DNA of 64,000 bases, taken from the NCBI GenBank assembly GCA_964447175.1, contig CAYURP010000012.1, positions 1,110 through 65,109 of the forward strand, read 5' to 3'. The DNA comes from an uncultured Ignavibacteria bacterium (GTDB lineage: Bacteria; Zixibacteria; MSB-5A5; SM23-73-2). Both the position numbers and the translations under genes were made by a program. Shown here piece by piece: positions 1-8,422 of the stretch. The notes beneath the pieces were generated by a model. That model was not told the origin of the DNA. It did no database searches and saw nothing but the letters and a program-made list of their open reading frames with translations. Position 1 is the first letter of the stretch. Each line of letters opens with the position of its first letter.

Positions 1-204
1 CATAAGTTCATTTAAAATACCTGTCTGTTTTAAAGTTAGCGATCCGGCCATACCTACAGAAGAACCTGGGGGGATCATAGCTAAAACAGACTTTTTGGCT
101 TGATCTGAGCTTTCGTAGAAAAAAGCTTCCATACCGTTTCTTTTGAGGCTCTGGATCGTTTTCAAAACCAGAGTCTTATAATACCAGAATTTATTCTCAT
201 CCAT
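1..204 (-). CDS. LUD-domain (lactate utilisation/YkgG-like) protein, 5' part; runs off window edge
   Basis: Hand translation from ATG at 204: MDENKFWYYKTLVLKTIQSLKRNGMEAFFYESSDQAKKSVLAMIPPGSSVGMAGSLTLKQTGILNELM. Open to the edge, RBS-like GAGGTAGG upstream. 'L..NG..A' and 'SVG..GS.TL...G' are typical of LUD proteins. Not in ORF track. Confidence 0.75.
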   Translation of the reverse strand, partial: MDENKFWYYKTLVLKTIQSLKRNGMEAFFYESSDQAKKSVLAMIPPGSSVGMAGSLTLKQTGILNELM

Positions 205-213
205 AATACCTAC

Positions 214-290
214 CTCTTCACTCTTCACTCTTTACTCTTTACTTTCTACTCTTAACTCTCTACTCTCTACTCTTAACTCTCAACTCTTAC
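214..290 (-). repeat. Degenerate 7-bp tandem array, 11 units (CTCTTCA/CTCTTTA/CTCTCTA/CTCTTAA on + strand)
   Basis: Read directly. Begins at the argS stop codon and ends at the RBS of the next gene. Confidence 0.95.
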
Positions 291-1984
291 ATCCCCTCCG
301 GTGCCTTTATCCCCAGGATGGTCAGTCCGTTTTTCACCACAGTTTGGACTCCTTTTACCAAAAGGATCCTTGCCTGAGTGGAGATTTTATCAGAGGTAAG
401 GATACGTTCCTTCTGGTAGAATCTGTTGAAGATGGAACATAAATCAAGAAGATAAGAGCAGATGATGGAAGGCTCATAGGATTCAGCTGCTAATTTAATC
501 TGCCGGGGATAATCCAGAAGCCTTTTAGCTATTAGATTTTCCTCTTCAGTTATCAAAAGGTTAAAATCAACATCTTTGCCAGCGGGCTTACCATACTTTC
601 GCATCAGGCTGCACAATCGGGCATGGGTATACTGGATATAAGGACCGGATTGACCTTCAAAGTTTAAGACCTCCTTCCAGTCGAAATTAACATCCTTCTG
701 GCGTCGGGTGGACAAATCAGCAAAGATCACAGCACCGATCCCCACGTCAAATGCCACCTTTTCTTTATTCTCAAGATCAGGATTTTTCTCCTGGATTATT
801 TTCAGAGCCAGATCCACAGAACGGTTCAGAACGTCCTCCAAAAGAACGATGGTTCCTCTGCGGGTGGACATAACCTTCTCCTTAAAAAGAATCCATCCGA
901 AATCCACGTGCACCAGATCCTTAGCCCAGGGATAGCCCATAAGTTCCAATACCTTGAAAACCTGCTGGAAGTGAAGTTTCTGAGCAGATCCCACCACATA
1001 CAACAGCTTGTGAAAGTGATAAGTATCATACCTGTAGATAGCAGCCGTTATATCCCGGGTGGCATAAAGCGTCGCTTCATCTTTCTTCCTCAAAAGACAG
1101 GCTGGCAGGTTGTATTTCTCCAGGTTTACGATCAACGCATCCTGGCTTTTCTGGGTGAGACCAGCAGCTTTCAACTTCTCGATGGTGGAATCCATAAATC
1201 GATTGTAAAAACTCTCCCCGGTAAATGTATCAAATTCTATTCCCAGCATCTTATATATCCTTTTGAACTCTCCCATACTGTAATCTCTGAATCTTTTCCA
1301 GAGTTTAGTCGCTTCCCTTTCACCGGACTCCAGTTTTCTGAACCAGATCCTGGCTTCTTCATCCAGGTCTTGATTTTTCTCCGCTTCCTTATGAAACTCC
1401 ACATATAGATCATAAAGTGTGGTTACCGGATCAGATTTAAGTTTTCTTTCATCGCCCCATTTCTGAAAGGCTACTATCAACTTACCGAACTGAGTGCCCC
1501 AGTCACCCAGATGATTTATGCCCACGCACTTATACCCCAGGGTTTTGTATATGTTCGATATGGCGCTGCCAATAACTGTAGATCTCAGGTGACCTACTCC
1601 AAAAGGCTTGGCAATGTTGGGCGAGGAATAGTCAATAACAATGGTTTTCCCCTTTCCGGATTCATCTCCGCCATATGATTCTCTTTGTTCAAAAATCCTG
1701 GTTAAAACCTCCTGAGCCCGTTTCAATTTGTTCACTTTAAAATTTATATAGGGACCAACAGAATATATCTCATCGATCAGCTCTCTGGGCTTCAGTTTAG
1801 GGGATAGTTCAGTTGCGATTTTATCAGGTGGTTTTCTTAATCTTTTGCTTAAGACAAAACAGGGAAAAGCGTAATCCCCCAATTTCTCCTCAGGAGGGAT
1901 CTCTATGATCTTTTCCAATTCAGCAGTTGAGAGATCAATCCTCTCTTTTAGAATGTCTATTATTTCCTCTTCAAATATGTTCAT
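287..1984 (-). CDS. argS: Arginine--tRNA ligase
   Basis: IDYSSPNIAKPFGVGHLRST (HIGH region), NHLGDWGTQFG, MSTRRG, FEGQSGPYIQYTHARLCS, C-terminal DALR-type end. Confidence 0.98.
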   Translation of the reverse strand: MNIFEEEIIDILKERIDLSTAELEKIIEIPPEEKLGDYAFPCFVLSKRLRKPPDKIATELSPKLKPRELIDEIYSVGPYINFKVNKLKRAQEVLTRIFEQRESYGGDESGKGKTIVIDYSSPNIAKPFGVGHLRSTVIGSAISNIYKTLGYKCVGINHLGDWGTQFGKLIVAFQKWGDERKLKSDPVTTLYDLYVEFHKEAEKNQDLDEEARIWFRKLESGEREATKLWKRFRDYSMGEFKRIYKMLGIEFDTFTGESFYNRFMDSTIEKLKAAGLTQKSQDALIVNLEKYNLPACLLRKKDEATLYATRDITAAIYRYDTYHFHKLLYVVGSAQKLHFQQVFKVLELMGYPWAKDLVHVDFGWILFKEKVMSTRRGTIVLLEDVLNRSVDLALKIIQEKNPDLENKEKVAFDVGIGAVIFADLSTRRQKDVNFDWKEVLNFEGQSGPYIQYTHARLCSLMRKYGKPAGKDVDFNLLITEEENLIAKRLLDYPRQIKLAAESYEPSIICSYLLDLCSIFNRFYQKERILTSDKISTQARILLVKGVQTVVKNGLTILGIKAPEGM

Positions 1985-2072
1985 TGCCTATTCTAAGTTC
2001 TTCTTCTCCTTTAGATTAATAAATCACATTGAAACCTTTAATCAAGCTTTTCTGATTATTTTATTTTATTTT

Positions 2073-2915
2073 TTATAAATAATAGATTCCGGAGAAAACT
2101 TCATAGGTGGGTCCGGTAACGAAAAGATGATTGGTAAATTCATCCCATTCCACCTTCAATTTTCCGTGTGGAAATATAACCTGAGCTTTCCGGTTAGACT
2201 TCCCCTTGAAAAATGCAGTGACCAGAGAGGCGCAGGCACCCGTGCCTGAGGCTAAAGTCTCTCCGGCAGCTCTTTCCCAGACCCGGAGTTCTATTTTTTG
2301 CGGGTCAAGAATTTTGGCAAACTCAACATTGGTTTTCTCGGGAAACATGGAATGGTTTTCGATAAGGGCACCGATCCTTTGCCAATCTTTTGGAAAATTC
2401 TTTACCAGAACCACAGTATGAGGATTTCCCATGGAGAGGGAGGTAATTTCAAAAACCCTCCCCTCTATTTTCAGTTTCTCCTGAATACAGAATTTAAGAT
2501 CACCTTTAACCGGTATCTTTTTCCTGTCCAGAACCGGTTCACCCATATTCACCCTTATCTGAAAATTCTTAGGATCGGTGCTTAAGATTTCGGTCTGTAT
2601 CAGTCTGTTTTTGGTTTCAATCCATTCCCTTTTTCTTCTGGAAAGCCTGTGCTGGTACAGATATCGAGCAAAGCAGCGAACGCCATTACCGCACATCTCC
2701 GCTTCTGTTCCGTCGGGATTGAAAAATCCCATCTTGAATTTAGCTTTGGTGCCCGGTAGAATCAGAATCAAGCCATCCCCTCCCACCCCGAAATGCCTAT
2801 CGCAAATGCTTTGGGAGAGTTTTTTAAGGTTTGCACCTTTGAGATTATGTTTAAAGCAATCGATATAGATATAGTCGTTGCCCAGAGCTTGAAGTTTGCT
2901 GAATTCAATTTTCAT
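2073..2915 (-). CDS. dapF: Diaminopimelate epimerase family protein (second catalytic Cys replaced by Ser)
   Basis: GNDY, GVGGDG, NPDGTEAEMCGNGVRC, MGNPH, FPEKTNVEF, WERAAGETLASGTGA. Confidence 0.88.
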   Translation of the reverse strand: MKIEFSKLQALGNDYIYIDCFKHNLKGANLKKLSQSICDRHFGVGGDGLILILPGTKAKFKMGFFNPDGTEAEMCGNGVRCFARYLYQHRLSRRKREWIETKNRLIQTEILSTDPKNFQIRVNMGEPVLDRKKIPVKGDLKFCIQEKLKIEGRVFEITSLSMGNPHTVVLVKNFPKDWQRIGALIENHSMFPEKTNVEFAKILDPQKIELRVWERAAGETLASGTGACASLVTAFFKGKSNRKAQVIFPHGKLKVEWDEFTNHLFVTGPTYEVFSGIYYL

Positions 2916-3110
2916 TTCAATTCACCACATTACCGTTATTTATAAAATGTATTGGTATCATTTTAGGTTCTATGAATCTAACAATACATTAACTGCAATT
3001 TAAATACTAATAACCTTTTTCGCAAATAATTTTTAAAAAACCGTATAGTAAACCAAAGAATCAGATATCACAGCTTGTATTAATCTGTGATAATACAACC
3101 GGGTAGTTCA

Positions 3111-3425
3111 TTCGTTGGTGGCGGAATTGGATTTCCGCCACCAAGTCCTCAGGTTGGGCAAATCCAATTGCCCAACCAACTGGAAAATTTATGGATAAGG
3201 TCCGGAGACCTTGTCCTACCCACGGAGGTTAACATAAATGTCCACACTCCAATATCTGTCTCATCTGTTGGGAATCTCTTCTTCGTTGGTTGCGAAATTA
3301 TCGTCAAGACCCGTTTCGGGGATTTCCGCCACCAGGTCCTCAAGTTGGGCAAATCCAATTGCCCAACCAACTGGAGCTGAAGCTCGCCGCTACATATTGA
3401 TCGATCCGTTCCATCTGTTGGGAAT
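3111..3425. repeat. REP/REPIN-like cluster: two 56-bp direct repeats (3129-3184, 3320-3375) built from inverted hairpin doublets, plus two GTAG hairpins
   Basis: GGATTTCCGCCACCARGTCCTCARGTTGGGCAAATCCAATTGCCCAACCAACTGGA twice (54/56). Hairpins GGATAAGGTC-CGGA-GACCTTGTCC-TAC and GAGC-TGAA-GCTC-GCCGCTAC. CATCTGTTGGGAAT twice (3262, 3412). Confidence 0.85.
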
Positions 3426-3436
3426 AATATTAATAT

Positions 3437-3473
3437 AAAAAAATCCCGCCCCGAATTGAATCGGGGCGGGAAT
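3437..3473 (-). terminator. Rho-independent terminator of the 1026-aa dockerin protein
   Basis: Minus strand: TCCCGCCCCGA-TTCAAT-TCGGGGCGGGA followed by a T-run. Confidence 0.85.
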
Positions 3474-3501
3474 CAGTCTCCGTATCAGAATACAGGGTCA
3501 A

Positions 3502-6500
3502 TTATGGACGATAGGGGTAACATCCTACACCAAGATTCTGCCACTGCGGATCAGTAAACAGACTCGTTCTCTTGAATAACTGTTCGTATTCCTCGTCAAA
3601 GAACCGGTTCTTGTCAATAGGTGCATCAGGCTTACTTTTGAGAATGTAATTCACCAGAAAGACAACATCATCGATCTTGACCTCGCCATCGCAGTTCACA
3701 TCACCCTGATTGATGAAGGGTAGTGGAGGTGGACCGCTTCTCAGCGTGTAGCCCACTAAGTATACTATGTCAGCTATGTCCAAAAGGCCCGGTGAAGCTA
3801 CGCCAGTACCGAAGTCGCCCACGTCTCCTCTGTAGAAGCCAGCCAATCTCAGTAGCCTGTAGAGTTTGCATCTGTAGGCAGTATAGTCGGTGGACGGAAT
3901 CTGAGTGTCGTACCAGATGAAGTACTCCTGAAGATTCTTCTCTCCCGGAGCCAGGCTGAACTTCTCGGAGTTCAACAGATAACCATAGTCGAAGGTGTCA
4001 GTGTGAGCGGGTGTCTTATCCGGCACAGACCAGTAGGTCATCTCCATCATGAATTTCAGAGAATCATACGGACCGCCAGGAACGAACTCATAGAAGTAGG
4101 AGTTATGATCACCGATATCCATACCCGGAGCGATCTTGCCCAAAGAGGTCGGTGCTAAGGTCACGTAAGCCACCTTGCCTTCCTCAGTGGAGTCATATGC
4201 CCAGTAGGTATTGGTAACCGAATCTCCGCCACCAAAGGAGGTGTTAGTAGGATCGGGCACATTAACATCCCAGTCCATAAACAGTGCCCACTCTAAGTCG
4301 TCTATCTGGGTCTCTCCGGTGTTGGTGATCACAAACTTCTGGATGACCACGTCGCCTTCCGGCTCCAGATAATACACATCTCCACCTGGATCAAAACCGA
4401 CACCCAGCATCTCAATGTCCAGAGGTAGCGCATGACCCGTCACGCTGTGATAGAAGGAAGTCCGGCACTTCTCAAGCAGCACGTCATCATAATACTCATA
4501 ATCGCACACCAAATCACCGTACGGGAAGAACCCGATGTCCTCACCAACAGCAGTTATACCCATGGCCAGATCATCAGCTGAGGTTCCCAAAAGGACGGTT
4601 CCCTCGAACAGGTCATCGGTATAGTCAGGGTAGTACTCCCAGTAGACGAATCCAGGACCCTCTTCTCCGTAGTTGCTCTTGACCATAGCCACGTTCCAGG
4701 AGTCAAGCTGGTCTGAGACAAACGGTTCGGCAGGACAGATCACCACTGCATACTCGATCTCGGTATGCACTGGATACTGAGGAGTAGCTGAGGGTGCCAT
4801 GTAAGGCTCCAGCTCAGGAGTGAAGTTCATTCCGTAGAATAACGGGTCATATACATCATAATCAGGTATGAAGAGAAATCCACCCGGGCTGGGTGAGGGC
4901 CATCCTATCACGTAGTAATCGTGGGAAACGTTGCCCGCATCATAATGAAGTGGTGGATCGGTGTTTTGAGTGTGATCGTGAACATAGAATACACCACCGG
5001 AACTGTCGCCCGGAGTCAGTCCATCACAGAATCCGTTAATGAACGGGTCGCTGAAGCTGAACATGAATTGCTCGATGTTCACTCCCTCCACGTTGACATA
5101 ATGTCCACCCAGACGGTACCAGATTTCCTCTACCTCATCAAAATACCAGAAGCCTAACAGAAGGATCACGTCCTGGGACCGCCTGACCTGATACTCAATA
5201 TCCTCATAGGTGGGCTGAACTATGGTGTTCTCGGTAATCCAGAACCCATGGGCTTCGATCAAGTCCAGTATACACTGCTGCATATCATATACATCGGTTC
5301 CTTCGGGACCAGTGTTCATGCAGGCCGCCAGCTCAGCTATCATAGCCGGCGGGATGGTCGGATCCCAGCCGCCATACCAGTTGCTGATGGAATACCAGGG
5401 GAAACCTCCGGCAAAACACCACCACAGACAGTTGGACAAAGCTGCCGGTCCGCACCAGTTAGGCTCAGCCTGGTTAAAATCAGGTATCCCATCCGGAGCA
5501 TAACCGTAGTCCACCGGCTCAACCAGATAATAAGAACCCCAGGTGGTCTCCGGAGGATCACCGGTAATATCAACTATGCACAGCTCCAGATCCTCTCTAA
5601 CAGGCTCTCTGCACTCCCACTCACCAAAGGAAGCCTTGTGATACCATGCGTCTCTCAAGTCACATTCGTTCTGATCTCTGGTAAAGCCCTCTGCGCGCAA
5701 CACTACACATCCACCATAAACATCAGTTATGGAATAAACGTAAGGAAGTTCAGGACCTTTTATCTCACTGCGGTAATAACCATCGTGAAAACCAGAAATT
5801 GGCGGTGCCTGATCAAAGTATGTGGTAATCCACCAACCATATCTGGTTGTGTCTGGCCCACAGCGTTCCGGATCGGGACCCTCAGTAAAATCATCTGAGT
5901 TTAATAGTTGCCACCAAGCTAAAAATGGACCATGGACGCACGGGCGCTCTTCCTCTGGAATCTCTAAACCCACGAGAAATTGACCAGCCTCATCAAGGTA
6001 TACCCAGGTTCCTTCAGAAGGACTCCACCAATAACCATATGCTGCAACCGCAATGAGCAAGGAGCAGGGCGCAGGAACATTCATCCGAAGGTAGATACCT
6101 GAGACCTCAAAAGGATAGATCGGATAGCCGCATGCACTTATATCTGCATTAAGTTGTGGGTCCTGACGAACAAAGTATTCCACATACGAACCGCAACAGT
6201 TCAACCGATCATCGAAATAGTCTGGCCAGGGCTGATAGTAGCAACAGGGGTCAAGATTAGGATCTATCAGACACTCCGTAAGCGGCGCCTCCTCCTGCGT
6301 TCCATATTGGTTGGCATATTTGATTGTACCTTCTACATCCGCAAGTTTCACTTGGAGATCCTCAGGTGAAATACCAGAATAGGATCTAGTTATCACATCC
6401 GAATAATATGAAGAGGGAATCTCCCGCTTTGCAACCGTAGGCGTCTCAGCAAGCTTGTCTTGTCCTCTGGGGATTATTTTGCTGGGGGTCGCTTCCTTGT

Positions 6501-6582
6501 TGATCTGCTTGGCATACAATAAGGTAAAACCTCCCACCAAAATCAATCCTGCCAGAAGTATTAATAATAACTTTTTGTTCAT
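3502..6582 (-). CDS. Secreted protein: papain-fold (C39-like) cysteine peptidase domain plus C-terminal dockerin-type repeats
   Basis: Signal peptide. FNQAEPNWCGPAALSN ... GGHYVNVEG ... FSDPF gives a Q/C/H/D set. C-terminal LDIADIVYLV...GDVNCDGEVKIDDVVFLVNYI. Confidence 0.7.
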   Translation of the reverse strand: MNKKLLLILLAGLILVGGFTLLYAKQINKEATPSKIIPRGQDKLAETPTVAKREIPSSYYSDVITRSYSGISPEDLQVKLADVEGTIKYANQYGTQEEAPLTECLIDPNLDPCCYYQPWPDYFDDRLNCCGSYVEYFVRQDPQLNADISACGYPIYPFEVSGIYLRMNVPAPCSLLIAVAAYGYWWSPSEGTWVYLDEAGQFLVGLEIPEEERPCVHGPFLAWWQLLNSDDFTEGPDPERCGPDTTRYGWWITTYFDQAPPISGFHDGYYRSEIKGPELPYVYSITDVYGGCVVLRAEGFTRDQNECDLRDAWYHKASFGEWECREPVREDLELCIVDITGDPPETTWGSYYLVEPVDYGYAPDGIPDFNQAEPNWCGPAALSNCLWWCFAGGFPWYSISNWYGGWDPTIPPAMIAELAACMNTGPEGTDVYDMQQCILDLIEAHGFWITENTIVQPTYEDIEYQVRRSQDVILLLGFWYFDEVEEIWYRLGGHYVNVEGVNIEQFMFSFSDPFINGFCDGLTPGDSSGGVFYVHDHTQNTDPPLHYDAGNVSHDYYVIGWPSPSPGGFLFIPDYDVYDPLFYGMNFTPELEPYMAPSATPQYPVHTEIEYAVVICPAEPFVSDQLDSWNVAMVKSNYGEEGPGFVYWEYYPDYTDDLFEGTVLLGTSADDLAMGITAVGEDIGFFPYGDLVCDYEYYDDVLLEKCRTSFYHSVTGHALPLDIEMLGVGFDPGGDVYYLEPEGDVVIQKFVITNTGETQIDDLEWALFMDWDVNVPDPTNTSFGGGDSVTNTYWAYDSTEEGKVAYVTLAPTSLGKIAPGMDIGDHNSYFYEFVPGGPYDSLKFMMEMTYWSVPDKTPAHTDTFDYGYLLNSEKFSLAPGEKNLQEYFIWYDTQIPSTDYTAYRCKLYRLLRLAGFYRGDVGDFGTGVASPGLLDIADIVYLVGYTLRSGPPPLPFINQGDVNCDGEVKIDDVVFLVNYILKSKPDAPIDKNRFFDEEYEQLFKRTSLFTDPQWQNLGVGCYPYRP

Positions 6583-6883
6583 TTGTCGTTTCCTCCTTCA
6601 AAATGAACGATTGTCAATAACTATAATCAATCTTTCTCTTTTCCTTACTATCACCTCCTTCAACCCCCATGCAAAAAGATTTAAAGTTCTCAGTGGATAG
6701 TGATATCCACCACTTTGAGCCATTTGGGATTACCAACATCTAAACCCGGTGACCCGCGCTGGTTTTTCACCCAGCTTTAGTTAGAATATCGACACATTAC
6801 TTTTGGGTTTAACATAAAATCCAAAAGATTCAGTGTCACTTATTTAGAGGCTACTCTTACCTTGTCCCCCTCATCTATAGATA

Positions 6884-6911
6884 AATATACTTAAAACCCT
6901 TTATTTGTCAA
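6884..6911 (-). promoter_or_regulatory. Sigma70-like promoter for the 3502-6582 gene
   Basis: TTGACA-16 nt-TATATT on minus strand. Confidence 0.55.
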
Positions 6912-7032
6912 GGGAAAAAAGCTAAAAAAACAATTTTTTTTCACATTTTTCAAATTAGCAGAAATATATAAAAGTTAATGTTTTATCGTTTAAGCTGTTG
7001 TCGGACAAGATATTGGTATGCCCTTCACGTTT

Positions 7033-8238
7033 TCACTTAATATTTTCCTCAAAGACCTGTGCCAGTCTTTTTATCCCCTCTTCGATCTTTTCCGGGGTGG
7101 CATTGGAGAAATTGAGTCTCAGCGTATTATCCTTATCTCCATGAACATAGAATGGTTTTCCCGGGACATATGCCACCTTTTTCTCAAGAGCTTTCTTCAA
7201 AAGCTCAGTTGCCGATACGTGTTCAGGCAGAAAAACCCACAGGAAAAGACCTCCCTCCGCCTTAGTCCACTTCACGTAATCGGGACAGTATTTTTTCAGA
7301 GATTCTATCATCACTTTTCTTCTCTTGCTATACTCAGCCTTTATAAGCTTAATATGTTTATCCAGATTTCCAGCTTTGATGTATTCGTAAACCACAAATT
7401 GAGCAAAAGTGTTGGTGTGTAGGTCCGTGCCCTGTTTCATTCTCTCGAAAACCCCCATCACCTCTTTTGAGGTTAATATCCAACCGATCCTCAAACCCGG
7501 AGAGATGGTCTTAGAGAAGGTTCCTAATTCAATTATCAAATCACCACCCAGCTTTTTCAATGAGGGTAAGTCCTCACCAGCATATCTCAACTCCCCATAA
7601 GGATTGTCGTCTATTACTGGGATATAATATTCTTTGGCCAGCTGCACTAAATCTTCCCTTCTTTTTTTGCTCATGGTGATTCCGGAGGGATTCTGAAAAT
7701 TGGAAACGGCATATATAAATCTCGGTTTGCTCTTCTTTATTGCGTCCTCCACATTTGAAACCACCATTCCCTCATCGTCCATAGCCACGGTCTGATAATG
7801 AGGATGATAAGCTGCAAACGCTTGCAAAGCTCCCAAATATGTGGGATCCTCCACTACCACGAAACTGCCTGAATCCAGGAAAACCTTGCCTATCAGATCC
7901 AGTCCCTGTTGAGAACCAGCAGTGATCATTATATTCTCTTCGGTTGCTGGAATTCCTTTCTCTTGATACCGCCCAGCCAAAAATTCCCTTAAAGGTCTAT
8001 GACCCAAGGTCAGGCTGTACTGCAGAGATCTGGGACCAGAATTGCTCAGAACTTTATTACAAGCCTCCTTAAGCTCCTCCACCGGAAAAAGCTCGGGTGC
8101 GGGCAAACCCCCGGCAAAAGAGATGACGTCGGGAAGCTCGGTTATTTTTAAAATATCCCGGATAGCAGAGGATTTCATATCCCAGGCTCGTTCCGAGAGT
8201 ATCCAGTGATGTAATTCCTCTTTATCTTTAATTGTCAC
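7033..8238 (-). CDS. PLP-dependent class I/II aminotransferase (LysN/ARO8-like, no HTH)
   Basis: SFAGGLPAPELFP, ITAGSQQGLDL, EDPTYLGA, NFQNPSG, DDNPYGEL, GTFSKTISPGLRIGW. Confidence 0.93.
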   Translation of the reverse strand: MTIKDKEELHHWILSERAWDMKSSAIRDILKITELPDVISFAGGLPAPELFPVEELKEACNKVLSNSGPRSLQYSLTLGHRPLREFLAGRYQEKGIPATEENIMITAGSQQGLDLIGKVFLDSGSFVVVEDPTYLGALQAFAAYHPHYQTVAMDDEGMVVSNVEDAIKKSKPRFIYAVSNFQNPSGITMSKKRREDLVQLAKEYYIPVIDDNPYGELRYAGEDLPSLKKLGGDLIIELGTFSKTISPGLRIGWILTSKEVMGVFERMKQGTDLHTNTFAQFVVYEYIKAGNLDKHIKLIKAEYSKRRKVMIESLKKYCPDYVKWTKAEGGLFLWVFLPEHVSATELLKKALEKKVAYVPGKPFYVHGDKDNTLRLNFSNATPEKIEEGIKRLAQVFEENIK

Positions 8239-8422
8239 TTTTCCTCCTTTTCTAAAGAAAAACGCATTTATAAAATGATAAAAATAAACGATGTGTCAAG
8301 CCAAATCTATTCTATCTTTTGAAAATAAATGGCATCCTACTGGAGTATCAAGCTTTAGCTTGATTAAATCCTCAAGAATATTTTTTTGAACCAAAAATAA
8401 GAAATAAATGCTGTAAAAATGG

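Noticed and set aside
3153-3367. GTTGGGC / GCCCAAC boxes as integron attC sites
   Set aside because: They match the core consensus but occur in the wrong order (GTTRRRY first) within short hairpins; no integrase and no cassette array.
3129-3375. 56-bp direct repeats differing only at A/G positions, as a possible DGR template/variable repeat pair (an Avd-related gene is also in the window)
   Set aside because: The two differences go in opposite directions, neither copy lies in a credible gene, and no reverse transcriptase is present in 64 kb.
3087-3438. Short ORFs in the REP cluster (3087-3380, 3149-3370, 3238-3438)
   Set aside because: They are translations of palindromic repeats with repeated peptide blocks, no RBS and no family signal.
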